Below are positions 23,701 through 36,997 of a DNA stretch of 64,000 nt, piece after piece. The stretch's first letter is position 1. The number at the start of each line of letters is the position of its first letter. The translations under genes and the position numbers were made by a program. Below the pieces are notes generated by a model that did not search any database, was not told the DNA's origin, and saw only the letters and a list, made by a program, of their open reading frames with translations. The stretch comes from Rhina ancylostomus (lineage: Eukaryota): positions 55,408,265 through 55,472,264 of the forward strand of contig JARFYF010000007.1 in the NCBI GenBank assembly GCA_030265395.1, in the 5' to 3' direction.

Positions 23701-26192
23701 TGGAATGCGTTGATATATTGGCAGTGCTGAAGTTTTGTTCTAAACTTTTTATAATTAGATCCAATCATTCTTGCAAATGTTTACTACTGTCAGTTATTTG
23801 CTCACAGTTATGGGCTTTGTTTAATTGCACAGTGGTGGAGGTTGGAAATTTAAAATCAACATGACTTAAATCTAAATTTAGTAGAAATAAATGGATTAAA
23901 GATATATTTGTAAGTTAGTGTGATAACAGAGCCATGAGTCTGCCAAGCAGAAATGAGGCCCCTGGCTTTGAATGTAGCAAATAACTGAGATTTACAGCCT
24001 GTAAGTTTCCTACAATGATGAGTGAAGAGTACCTCAGTCCTTTGGGACTTGTACCCAGCTTGGAGTCTCTTGGACTGGTGCAAATTAAAATATATGCCAA
24101 GGAAGATACTGCATTGTTCACCAATCAGTACTCATGCCAAAATTGCCCACGTTTTTCACTAACATACACCAGGTTATTTGTCAACTATGAAAATCGGCTT
24201 GAGGAGTCTAAACCAAGGAAAGTGCAGAAATATTGTTAAGGTCTTTCATTAATATCAGAAAATTATGGTTTGAAGTTGTTAAACCATTATATTTGTACAC
24301 CAGCCATGTACAAAGAAATATGATTATGGCAGCTTTTCACTTTCTTTAAGACTTCTACATTCAACGATGCAGAAGAGTATGTGTGGAAATAAGAATCTTC
24401 TATTAAAACATCTGGGTTCCATTAAAAGAAACTTGGGTCCCTGCTGAACCCAAGTATCTTTGGTTAAGTATACTGCAAAGATCTAGAGCAAGGTTAGGAA
24501 ATTTAAGCCCACTATTGTCTTGTGTGTGTGGAATAATGTGAATAAAGATGTATGTTTTATTGAATTGTCACAAAACATTGCAAGCACCCACATGGTTTAA
24601 AAACCAATGTAAAATCCTTAAATTTCCTCAATGTTTAAAATATTCTGCTGTAAACCTTATAATGTTGTTTTGGTGCAAGCTTGCAGGAAAGCCTGGGCCA
24701 TTAAGTTTGAGGCTTTATTGCTATTCAAAACCATTTGTGTTCATGTAATAATTGCCCATTGCAAGTACAGTCCATAAACCCACATTGAAAATATATATTT
24801 TAAACAGCTTTTAGTGCTGGCTAATCATCTAGTGTATTGCTTGCTTGTCACTAATAGAACTTATGCAGATTCTACCTGCTAGGATCAGTACTGAGGTATT
24901 TATTGACTATGTTGAAGAGAGTGCATCTGACCACCATGAATGTAAATGCATGATAATAAGTAAAATATCAGGAAAGATATTGCACATTTTTCTGGCATCT
25001 CTTCAAGAGCTTCACTGTTGAAGCTCAACTATGTCCTGGTTTGTGGATCTCTGCTAATTTTCTGCAAAAACGCATTCCAGGAATGGCCACTAGCTGTTTT
25101 ATCAACCAATTATATAATTAAATGCCCTTCCTCTAAAAATCTAAAGAAAATGGCCAATAATAATCCGTGAGGATTTTATTTTGTAATAGATGAATTTGCC
25201 AGTTTGTACTTGTGATCAAATTGACTAAAAAAATTGATGTGTTCAATCTGAATATTTCAAAACACTTTGAAAGCAAAAAGGCAGACTAAATTACAGTTAG
25301 GGAACATTTGGAGGATAACTGGGAAGGAAACTGATCGGAGATTTATTTTAACAGTTTGTAGCCTGTGAGGAGGAATGATTTGATCCTTGGTTAGACTACC
25401 ACCAGGAAGCTTTAAAAATAGGATTGACTTTTTACATCTCATTCTTAAACAACTAGAACAGATTGTGATCAAATACTAGCAGTGATTGTTCAGGTCCAAA
25501 TCACAAATGTGTGATAGTTACCAGGGTAAAACATCTGCAGAGAATGTCATATTCACTGATCAAAACTTCATTTGTTGCAGTCGGAAACCTAAACAGAGGC
25601 AAATTTTCACTAATAGTTGATATTCACAGTTTGTGCATAATTTCCACTTTAGGGTAAAAATTAGTGACTTATTTCAAAATGATATTGCAAAACTACCAAA
25701 TACATTTAATCCTTTAAAACAGTCTTACACTTTAAAGACATTTAGTGGAAGATAAAGGGACTGTGTTGACAATATTTTATCTAAAATAAAACCTCTAACA
25801 GGCTAGTAATCAAATATAAGTGTTGCATACTGTGTTAATACAAAATCAATATAACAACACTAGTTTCAAACTCACTAAACCAGCAATTTTACTTGTCAAG
25901 CCTCTAGAAAGTGGTGGTCTAACAACAAATTCAACTGAAGCAGTTGTAGCCAAGATCAGGAACATAGGAAGTGAGACCAAACTCTCATACGATTGCACTA
26001 ATAAGTAGATTTAAGAGGGTCTATTAAGCTCAGATAAAATCTAATCAAATATAAGTTGATAATCAGATATAAGCTTTCCAGAAAATCATTTCCATTTATA
26101 ATGATATCTTTGAATATTCCTGTATAATATCAGATCAGTGTTATTCAGATTTGGCTAATCCCAACTCTCGGAGTCAATTCTCTTTCCCTTTA

Positions 26193-26437
26193 TGAGATGG
26201 ACTCTGACCTCACGATCTACCTTGTTGTGACCTTGCACCTTATTGCACTGCACTTTTTCTGTAACTGTGACACTTTACTCTGTACTGTTATTGTTTTTAC
26301 CTGTACTGCATCAATGCACTCTGTACTATCCCAATGTAACTGTACAGTGTAATGAATTGGATCTGTACGATCAGTATGCAAGACAAGTTTTTCACTGTAC
26401 CTTGATACAAGTGACAATAATAAACCAATACCAATAA
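26193..26437 (+). mobile_element. Rex1/Babar-like LINE 3' UTR fragment
   Basis: cctcacgatctaccttgttgtgaccttgcacctt...gtgacaataataaaccaataccaata aligns by eye with the tail of the RT-bearing copy at 62610-62805. Confidence 0.8.
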
Positions 26438-26479
26438 TTCCCTTTTAAAAGAATAAATTACCCATGCTGTTGTATGACT

Positions 26480-26720
26480 GGAGATTTGAGGGATAAATTT
26501 TTCACACAGAGGGTGGTGAATATCTGGAATGAGCTACCAGAAGAGGTAATGGATGCAGATACTATTACAACATTTAAAAGACATTTGGACAGGTACTTGG
26601 GTAGGAAATGATTAGAGGGATACTGGTGAATAAGAGAGGCGTAGATAGGCATCATAGTTGTTGAGTCCGAGGTGGGCTGAAAGGGCCCGCTTCTATGTTA
26701 TAGATTTCTAAGAGTCAATG
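26480..26720 (+). mobile_element. CR1-type LINE 3' end
   Basis: tttttcacacagagggtggtgaatatctggaatgagctaccagaagagg...tttaaaagacatttggacagg...gggctgaaagggcc. Confidence 0.85.
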
Positions 26721-29404
26721 AGTTAGATTCTGACTTGTTCAGTTGTGTAAAACAATATAGCATATTTAAGACTTGTATTACATCTCACGTGATTTCCAGT
26801 GAAGTTATGATTGTATTTTGTCAAAATCTATTCTATGGATCTGCTTCAATAGCATGTTTTCAGCCAAAAGTTCCAGATCATTACTACCCTCTATTTGAAA
26901 GTTAATTCCATTTTCCTCTTTAATTCATTTTGTGGTTTCCTAAGTTTCTGCCCTGTAATTGCTGTTTAGCCAACCAATGAAATCTAATGCCAGAATCTGG
27001 TGTTTGGTGAGGTAAGCTGTGGGCACTTTATGTGCCAGTTCTCTTTGGGAAGCCTGGTTGTTTTTAAACAAATTAGGTAGCAACTTTTAATTAGTGCCAA
27101 TGCCCACTTTGCCAGTGTTGGATGAACGTCATTTCAGATTTTAACCTTGCACTGATAATTATAACAGTTTAAATTTTGACAATAGGATTTTTAAACATTC
27201 ACCAGTTGTAATTATGGTTTATATTTTGGCAATTGTTTTATATTAGTCAAGGTGAGAATTGCTGGTGTCCTATAGTGGAACACTTTATCCATTTCTGTAA
27301 TTAAGTCATCCCTGAGTGGATATAATTCCCGGCACTGTGCCTCAGTGATGTGTCTTTAACATCTAACGAGCACTTCCTGCTTCACTGGCATACATTTGAC
27401 ACTTTCCATAGTCGGCTGTGCTTTTTGTTTCCCTAGGTTTGCCAGTTGGCAATTTATTGCCAGTGTGTGCCAGGTTTTAGTTCTGTGTCCTCACAACTAT
27501 GAACTAGGTTAAGTGTGTCCAAACTCTATGTCACATGGCACCATTCTCTTCAAAAGAGAGAGGAGACTGTTATGCAAATCACTTCAGTTCAATTTTAATC
27601 CCGGAATTCATGTATAAAATGTCAAACACTGATAATCTATCACCTACTCTCTGAGAAACTTGTTGTCAGAAAAATAGCAAACAAAGAACAATAAAATATG
27701 AACCAATAGTTAATATTGTGCTTTTGGAGATTTGTGAGTATCAGTGAATGATATATTAGCTGTGATCCAATCAGGGGAGTTGAGGTGACTTAGTAAATTC
27801 TGAGAGAAATTTGTAAATTTATTTGAACCATTAGCATCCTAACTGCTGCCCCACACCTCACCTGGAACCAGTAATACAATGGGGATCAAAGAGCAGTTAT
27901 GAACTAGATGGACAGATTAGAACTTTCTCACTCTGCATTAGGCTAACACATCCCAGAATTTCTTTTGTGTATGAGTATTTTTGAGCAGTGTTTATGGATG
28001 TGGAGGTGACTAGGGGTTAGAAATCCAAATTTTCTGACTTGACATTATACCGTTGACATTATCTATTTAATCTAAGTCTTGATTGAGTATTGGAGGAATC
28101 GATTATCCAAACAAAAGTGATGTTTACAAATGGGTAAACTAATCTCTTGTGCTGTTATCAATAATGGTTTATTTTTATTTTGCATATTGTTATTAGAATT
28201 AACAATCTTCAGTAAGTGTTATTGAAAGAATTAGATTTAATCAGCCCATGATTGTGTATTGCAAAGGTGAACAGGCAGCTTGATTTAATTATGCAAAATT
28301 GATGTAGCTCTAAACCAATTATAGCAATGGATGTAGTAACATAATCAATGTGAGACCACTGATGTAAATTTTTCCAAGAAGCAACTTTTGAAAAGATAAA
28401 TGTGAAAGTGCTTTTCCCAAGTTTCCATATTTCTGATCAAGGAAGTGCTGATAATTCAATATGTGCTATGCTGTTTGACTACCAAGTTTTTTGCTATCTC
28501 ATACATGGAAAACCACATTATCCCAAGTATAACTGGTCTAATAGTCACTTTTCTATGTTGTAACAATCTATCTGTGACTTTGTTTCTATCAGCATGTGGT
28601 TCCTATCATCTTTTCAGAAGCTCACTTGGAAAAATTATGGAGCATAACATTAATGACTTAATGAATCCTCCCATGCACTTGGCAATAAGAGCCTCCCATG
28701 CGATATGAAATTACTGTGTTCAGCATATTTCTCAGTGTACTAGAATACCTTAACCTTGTATCAATTCAGGCATTCCTCAAATTAATTTTAAATATGTGGA
28801 ATCAAAGCAAAATTTTATCCTACAGAGATTATAACTTTTTTCTTGTAAATTAGCTGTAGCAATGATTTTGGTCAAATGTGTTCATAATATCCTCAAGTTA
28901 ATTCCAACTTAGTTCCAAAATGAAAAAAATAACCCATGTAATATAATTATTTTGGCGGATAATTTCACAGGGAAAGGCATTGTTTTCTTGGAATTTTTTA
29001 TGGAATGCAGGGATATTACAGACTAAAACAAAAATGGTAGTTAAACTGAGTAAACAGCATTGTATGTTTTTGAGTGATCAACAGAAACCAGTGCTGAACA
29101 CAATGGTTTATTCAGGATTTAGAGTGATTAGATCCAGAAACAGTATGCCAATGTCAGAGACATGGGTCTTACATGGTTAGCTAGCACATCTCTGTGACTT
29201 GTGCTTCCCAAAGTTTTGTCAAGTAAGATAAGGTGGTGTTTTCAGATAATGTTGTTTTTACCAGTTTGCAGCTACCCTGCAACCCAAGGTGGTGGGATGT
29301 GTAATTAGCCAGTGTACATTGAGAGGCAGTGCAACATTCCAGCTCTTTGCATTCTTGAGTTGAGGCAATGTACAGTCATAACAGAAGTTGCATCTGGAGA
29401 AATA

Positions 29405-29680
29405 AAACATTGCAAGGCACTTTATATGAATGCTATCAGGCAGAATCAGAATTGCAAAACAAAATATTAGGAAATGTTAATCAAAGAGATAAGGATAAGA
29501 ATTTGCTTAAAAAAGAATAAAGAAACAAAGAGGTTAGGAAGGGATATTCCCAAAAGTTAGGACCTGAAGGCGAGCCATCAATGGTTGGACAATGGAAACC
29601 AAGGAGGCAAAAAAGGCCACATTTGAAAGAGCAATGGAAATGCTAGGGTTTGTAAATCTGGTGGAGATTACAGGAATAAA
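29405..29680 (-). mobile_element. Decayed L2-like LINE 3' fragment
   Basis: gaggttaggaagggatattccc...ctgaaggcgagccatcaatggttggac resembles an antisense L2 terminus. Heavily diverged. Confidence 0.4.
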
Positions 29681-30803
29681 GATACATCCAAGATCAGGCT
29701 TTACATGATACTATGATATCACAGAAGAATGACATTTGAGTTCCCACTTCATTGCATAAAATTAATGATTCAGGAAATACCAAACACAATTTATCCTATA
29801 GTGTGAGGTTAATATCAGTGCTGTTCTCTCTAAAGCAGTTTACAGATAGACTAAAGGAGATGAATCCTTTTAGGTTCCCCTTAGAAAATTCCTTGACATG
29901 CAAATAAGCTTAGAGGAGAGATCAATTAAGAAATGACTAACTAGTACACATACTTCTCAATGGTAGGTTGTTCCTTCATGTTTCAGTGTTTGGTCATGTG
30001 TAGCTTTGGTTAGATGCTGTGTAAACATCTATCAGCTTCATGGGGCAAAGGCACTTAGCTCTGGGCCTTGGGGTATTGTATCAGCAGCTGCTAGTTTAAG
30101 GAGCTGCTTCTGAGTATTAAATGAAACAAATACATCTAAAAGCAAGGATTAGTGATGGTGTACAGATATGAATGCGGCAAACGAAATTTATGAGTATATA
30201 TTCCCAAGACAAATCAACCTGCAAAACTGGATGTACTTTTCTGAATAAAACAAATTGTACAACACAGGGCCTTTATTGCAATTTATAAAATCCTCTTGGG
30301 TTGAATCTTTTTATGAAATGACTTTATTATGAACAGTGCTCTTGTCTAACCAAACATATCTAGCCAACTATGTGCTTTAAGCTTGACTTGCATTATGCAG
30401 GTTCTGTTATGATGTTACAGGTGTTTAAAGTGTTTAAAGATAAAATAAATAATTTAATTTGAATTCTTTGCTAAATTGTAATATTTTCTCATTTTAGTTC
30501 AGTTAGTAATGTGGCAATTAGAAATCAGGAACAGATATCATTTGTTTTTTGGAAGTTATCTTTTTAGAACAGATCTGTAAAGTTGATGGTTTAAAAGGGA
30601 AATTGTCCACAAAGGAAGATCAATGAAAAAAGATTTTCCTTTGTGTTCATTTGATATCTCATCAAATGAACTCTGTTATTGCAGCCAGTACTTATCAGGT
30701 TCCAGCTTCCGGGCAAAAAAAAGTGTGAATCTGAATATTTGTTTGTGTTCTTTGGCAAGTGATGTCATATTTATGTGTTCTTCTCTTGTGTTTTTATTTT
30801 CAG

Positions 30804-31087
30804 GTTTCTACCTAGTAAAGGACTGGTGATGTACCCACAGATAGGAGACAAACTAGATATTATCTGCCCTAAGGTGGACTCCAGGATTACTGGACAGTAT
30901 GAATACTTTAAATTGTACATGGTGTCAAAAGATCAAGCAGACAACTGCAACGCTGTGCCCAGCCCTACACCATTACTCAATTGCAACAAGCCAGATCAAG
31001 ATGTCAAGTTTACCATCAAGTTTCAGGAGTTCAGCCCTAACCTCTGGGGACTGGAATTCAAAAAACATGAGGACTACTACATTATTT
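30804..31087 (+). CDS. EFNB2: Ephrin-B2 coding exon 2 (core of the ephrin receptor-binding domain)
   Basis: Acceptor tttttattttcag|G, donor T|GTAAGT, 284 nt. Encodes (K)[94 protein letters not shown], seen in ORF 30775..31143. Confidence 0.97.
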
Positions 31088-31164
31088 GTAAGTATTGCCA
31101 CTTATTGTGTTTTTCTTTGAATCTAGCAAAGGAAATGAACTAGGAGCACAGGGGGCAAAAATAA

Positions 31165-31390
31165 AGACTTAAAAAGAACTATAGAACCTTTCAAGACACT
31201 GGAAGATCAGTCAATGAAGTTCATTTGAAGTATAGTCATGGTTGTAATATAGCAAATATGTCAGTTAATTTGCATGCATCAAAGACTGTCAAATGCCAGT
31301 GACATAATGGCCCAGTATATCTTAGTAGTGTTGTTTGAGAGATAAATATGGGCTAGAACATAGGAAAACTCACCTGGTCTTTTTCAGAGA
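31165..31390 (-). mobile_element. Deu-domain SINE (SacSINE1/AmnSINE-related) fragment
   Basis: caatgaagttcatttgaagtatagtcatggttgtaatatag...ttgagagataaatatgggctagaaca is the reverse of the Deu core seen at 47290 and 61310. Confidence 0.6.
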
Positions 31391-34300
31391 TATAAATCTG
31401 GATTTTGCTAGTCAGAGACTATTGTCATACTTGCTGCCCACAAACTTACCTTCTTACCTGTTTCCCCAATTCCTTGGATCCAGAAAGCTGATTCTGCTGG
31501 CCCAGATGGATTTGGAGTTGAGCTATAAGGCACTGAGCAGTGGCAGGGCATTCAATCAACATTCCGGGGTGACACGGGCAGGCCAGCTCAAGAAAGATCT
31601 TGGAAAGTCTTTGACTAATGGCAAAAATGTGCTCCCAGCTTTGAATTATCTCGAAGTGTCCACGTTTGTCACTGAAAGATCATTGGAAAACCTTTACAAA
31701 TGAAATAATTAAAGCAATTTTAAAAAATAATGTTTTTATTGGAAAAGAATAAAATCAATGGAAAACACTTAAAACAATTTTAAATGGTTTAAGTAATAAA
31801 ACAAACATGCCCTATTCTCCCCTTTCTTTCCTTCAACCATACAATTTCTATTCAAATGAAAGGCTTGTGCAGGCAGACGATCTATGATCTAGGACATTTA
31901 CGCAGGCTCTTTTTTTACCATTGGACTCTATCTGGAATGGAGTGGTGGAGCACCTCCAGGAAATTTCCAGCAGAGCTCAGCCAGTGAGTTTGGATTCCTG
32001 TGCATATGTGCGAATCCCAAAACTTAAAGCAGCACTTAAGCTGAAAAATGCCTTGCAGAACTGCTGGCAAAAGTTGGCAAGATCCAACTTATTGCTTCAA
32101 TAAAATAAGGAAACTTTAGAGTTTCTGATATATTTGCTTTCACTACATTCTGTTTTGTACCCAACCACATTTGTTTGAACCCTTCTGCCTCTGTTATCTC
32201 CCTGTCTCGAAGTTCTGCTCTAAAGCATTGTCTGCAGGAAGCTTTTGTTTTTGTGGAATCAGCTGCTATTTTCCTTCTGCAATTCATATTGATTTAATAG
32301 CTCCCTGCATTTATATAAACTTGGAAGATAAAAAAGGGTGATTTCCTCATACCCAAATGTGCTAAGGGAATAAAACAGGCACATAGAGCCAAGATGGATG
32401 GCAACTTATTCTACACGTTAATCACTTAAGGTGTAAACGGAAGTCTTGGCAGGAAAATGTTGCATGCTGAATTTCAACCCTCGTTAAAATGCGAATAGAA
32501 TTGCTGTCTACAATTCAGTCACTAATTGTAAAGGAAAAGCCTAATTATTGCCTTAGGTCTCGGCAATTTAAAAAAATGTAGCAGAGATTGAGTACAAAGG
32601 GAATTAACATACTAATACAAGCAATCTGTAACCAAAAGCAACTTACTGTAAAAGACATGGAATCTGCACGACAATATATGAATGAAAAAATCCTAATGTG
32701 AATTGTCTTTATAAGAATCTCAGTTGCAGAAATGTTTCATTCTGGTGCTTTGATATTAGAGGTCTCCAGGATTAGCAATTTCAACATGGCGTGCTTTTAT
32801 ACATATATTTGGCTGTATGCTAAAACAGTGGAACAAATTGTAAAACAAAAGCAAGACAGGTTTGCTTTGGAAAGAAATTGACAATTTGGAGGAGTTTTCC
32901 TCAGTTCTTCAATCTATATTTAGCCCTGATGAGATTAGTGATATATCTGTCCCACAACAAATTAATTTAGATTATTTCAAAAAACTGATTGGTAGCTCCG
33001 TTGGAGACAGAATAGTACAATGATATTTAAAATATCTAGCATTATGTTCATTTCAGGGAGTTAATTTTAGATTCTCTTCCAGTTCTTCTAATGAGAACTA
33101 TAGTCAGGGTACGATATTAAATGTGTGACCATACAGCTTTAATTAGAATGAAGCAATGAAGAGTTGGATATGGTTGTACTCTGTATCATTTTGCCTCCAT
33201 TGCATGTCTATTAATAGTACAGAAGCAATGGTTCTTACATTCTCATGCTGTAGTGGATGTCACGGAGTATATAAATTCCCCATGCTGGTGATTTGGATCT
33301 ATTTTTCCAATCAATCCTAAATCTGTATATCAAACAACTATATAACGAGTTGGATTGAACAAGTTTAGTCCTGGCTTGTTTTCAGCTTTACAAAGCACTA
33401 AGACTATGAAATTGGCCTTTAGAGTCTCCCTAGTCTTGCTCAGTCTCCAGTTACAGCACCTTCATTAATTTGCAATCCTTTTGTTGCTCTGGTAGGACAT
33501 GCTTCTGACTCAGGGACTAGAAGTGAGGGAACATGCAAATGCTTTGGGTCAACAAGTAGATCTCATTAGTTCAGCTTACAGTTGGATGATGATTACTCGC
33601 TATGACAGCATTCAGTTCATGCAGCGTTTTGAAGTGCTCTCTGTAAATGTGTTGTCTGATAGTGTCTGACTTAATTAAGTAAGTCCAAGTAGCTGCACAA
33701 AGCCAAACCTGGGAGTTAAACCCTGTCCTAGAATTTGGATCTTGCTGATAGTTCCTGGTGTGAACAGACCATCTAAAACATTTCCAATAATTATGAGAAA
33801 CTATCCTAACTTTTTGGCTCAAAAGTAGAGGTTTTAGCATTCAATAAGATAAGACTTGAAGCTATCGTTTTACACAAGAGGATTTAGTACCATACCTCTG
33901 GGCAGTAGTATGATAAGTATTGTCTTTTATATGATGTGCAGAACTGTACATTTGTCCTAATGAAAAGCTTACAACAGGAAACTTTAAGGATGGCCAGAAA
34001 GTTTTAAGTAGAAACTACTGTGCTAACATAAAGTTCATTAAGATTTAATAATGGAAATGATTTAAGTATTAATTAAATTGTTCTCATAAGTAGATTTTAA
34101 TGTAACTTGCTGCAATTGAAATTCAGTGATATTAATTAGATTGATGAATGCCAGTGTACATGAAAACTAAGTGCATTAAAGGGAATATATAGAAGGAAAG
34201 ACATGCACTTATGTCACATTTTCACAGTGTCANNNNNNNNNNNNNNNNNNNNNNNNNNNNNNNNNNNNNNNNNNNNNNNNNNNNNNNNNNNNNNNNNNNN

Positions 34301-34399
34301 NNNNNNNNNNNNNNNNNNNNNNNNNNNNNNNNACTTATTTCAAATTTTCACATTGTCATGACATTAACAAAACAATTTATTTCTAATAAAGGGTATTTA

Positions 34400-34718
34400 T
34401 TGTTGTAATGTATGGCAATTGCTTCAATTTATAAACAGCAAGACTCCACAACTATTATCAGACAATTGGTGCTGTTGGTTCAGGGGCATGCATTGGCCTG
34501 GATATTGGGAAGAATTCACCTTTTGTTCTTTTTCAATGATTTTCTGGGAATTTTCACCTGAGAGGGCAGACAGAGCATTGGCCCAAGATCTCAACCAAAA
34601 GCTGACACCTCCATCTGCCGCAGTCTCTGAATTTTGCACTCAAATTTCTGGAGTGAAATTGAACTCACAGCTTCTGACTCAAAGCCAGGTGTGTTACCAG
34701 AAAACAATGGCTGATAAA
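34400..34718 (-). mobile_element. Deu-domain SINE, diverged
   Basis: tgttgtaatgta...cacctgagagggcagac...ttgaactcacagcttctgactca (reverse tRNA head). Confidence 0.65.
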
Positions 34719-36650
34719 TACTACAGCAGTGAATAGAAACCTGCAGACCCTCATGTAGACCACCATTGGTGACGTACAAGATTTGTTGTGGTTAATGTAT
34801 TATGGAGATTGATCCTTTGGGATTCATATGATGATTATTTTTTGTTGTTGAGGGCAGCAGTTGCTTCATTCATCCACTCAAGATGGCAATGTAGAAATCT
34901 GGTAAATGCAAACATAATCCTGTTAACTGCAGCATAAAGGCAGCCACATGATATCAATGGCAGATTGTGTTTTACAAACATTATATTGTTGCCTTTGATC
35001 TAAAAATGCATGACAAACGCATGTTTTATTGAAGCAGACAAGTGGAAAATTGCTGCAGATTCTTACCAAGTAAAGATTCTTCTTGTAAAACCGTAAGGTT
35101 CATCAGTGGGGCACAACCTGACTGTGGCACTTTATTAAGTTTACTGGAGTACTGTTTGTAGTCAAACCAAATAGCTTCGTGTACATCATAGTTTTAAAAC
35201 CGGCCATTGTGCTGCAGAGTGGTGTGTTTTCTCATTAGTTACATTGTACTCCAAACTGTCAGTCGGCATTATCTCAGTGAATGTAGACATCGACTAACCA
35301 AGCGCTGACCTCCTGCTTAAAACAGTACATTCTGCCTGACTGAAGCCTGCAGGGCAATCATTGGGTCATTCATATCATTGCGTGTGTTTGCGATTGGACA
35401 GTTTTCAGAAGTGAAAGCCATTGGATTGTAAAAGGCTAATTTTAATGCTTCTGCATTATTTTCTATTAACCCTTTAAAGGCTCATCCCTCTGCCATTTCA
35501 AATCTGGAACCCCATATGACCAGATCACAATATTCCTTAATTCAGTAATACTGTACCATTGAATAGAGGTGTTTTCTGGGAAAAACATCGGCTCTGCATA
35601 ATAGAATTTGAGATTTTGATGTTTGTAGTATTTTTAGTGGTCTAGAAGTTATGGTTAAGGAGTGCCATAATTTTTGATTTGTGCTGTTCCATAATTAATT
35701 TGACTATCCATTTTTATGAATGATAACACCTGTACTTTAAAATGAGGGAAATCTTCTAAAGATACCCGCTATTGGAAATGTTAAACATGCTTATCAAGAT
35801 GAACCTGACTAATATTTAAGCAGAAATCTATTTGTTTTAAGCATAGCAATACCTCTGTCTAAAACAACAGAACAAGAAGTGTGATTATCCTACAGTATAA
35901 CAAAGATCTTTATTTTCAAAAGATAATTCTTTTAAATAGTTAGCTAATATAATAGTCAAACATGTGGCTTCATTGCACTTAGCATAACTTTCCATTATTG
36001 GAAATCATCAGTTAAGGAAACGGTCAGTCAAGGGGAATCATTCAAAATGGAAGAGGGTCAATCCACAACTCAGCAGGAAGTGCAGAATTATGGATGTCGA
36101 TAAAAGGAAAGGCATGGCTTTAAACCTTAGTTTCTTATGTTCAATCTATTTCACATTTTTGATTAATCAACTAAATGCAAATTGGGACTTTACATTCTGA
36201 TTCAGTAACAGGTACAATTTGGTTTTTCAGACTGTAACATTAAAATAAGAAGATTAAATTCTGAACCCATACATGGTGTCACTGTAGACAGTCTCTGACC
36301 CCTTCAGAGACACATTGGCTCTGAGGCAGCTAGACATCACGTACATTTTTGTTAATTTTAAAAAAATTGGTCTGTATGGTANNNNNNNNNNNNNNNNNNN
36401 NNNNNNNNNNNNNNNNNNNNNNNNNNNNNNNNNNNNNNNNNNNNNNNNNNNNNNNNNNNNNNNNNNNNNNNNNNNNNNNNNNNNNNNNNNNNNNNNNNNN
36501 NNNNNNNNNNNNNNNNNNNNNNNNNNNNNNNNNNNNNNNNNNNNNNNNNNNNNNNNNNNNNNNNNNNNNNNNNNNNNNNNNNNNNNNNNNNNNNNNNNNN
36601 NNNNNNNNNNNNNNNNNNNNNNNNNNNNNNNNNNNNNNNNNNNNNNNNNN

Positions 36651-36997
36651 ATAAAGGAGGCTGAGAGGTGACATTATAGACGTTTATAAAATCATGAGGG
36701 GCATAGATAAGATGGACGGTCACAGACTTTGTTCAGTAGAAGGGGGAGTCTGAAACTAGAGGGCATAGGTTTAAGGTGAGAGGGAAAATATTTAATGGAG
36801 AACTGAGGGACAAATTTTTCACACAGAGGGCAAGCTGCCGTAGGAAGTGGTGGAGGTGAGTACAGTTACATCATTTAAAAGACACTTGGACAGGTACATG
36901 GATAGGAAAGGTTTCGAAAGATATGGAACTAGGTCAGGAAAGCACCTTGGCTGGCACGTATGAGTTGAGCCAAAGGGCCTGTTGCTGTGCTCTATGG
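36651..36997 (+). mobile_element. CR1-type LINE 3' end (5' part lost in a gap)
   Basis: aggctgagaggtgacattatagacgtttataaaatcatgaggggcatagataag (RLRGDIIDVYKIMRGIDK), actagagggcataggtttaaggtgag (TRGHRFKV), then the CR1 tail. Confidence 0.9.

Noticed and set aside
26970-27011. 42-nt in-frame pseudo-exon (tttAG|...GAG|GTAAGC) in intron 1
   Set aside because: The acceptor is moderate and it would insert 14 residues into the folded receptor-binding domain. This fits the background rate of pseudo-exons.
31335-31703. 122-aa ORF in intron 2 and other intronic ORFs of 60-136 aa
   Set aside because: No recognisable domains, often non-ATG starts or overlap with decayed repeats, and no supporting splice structure.
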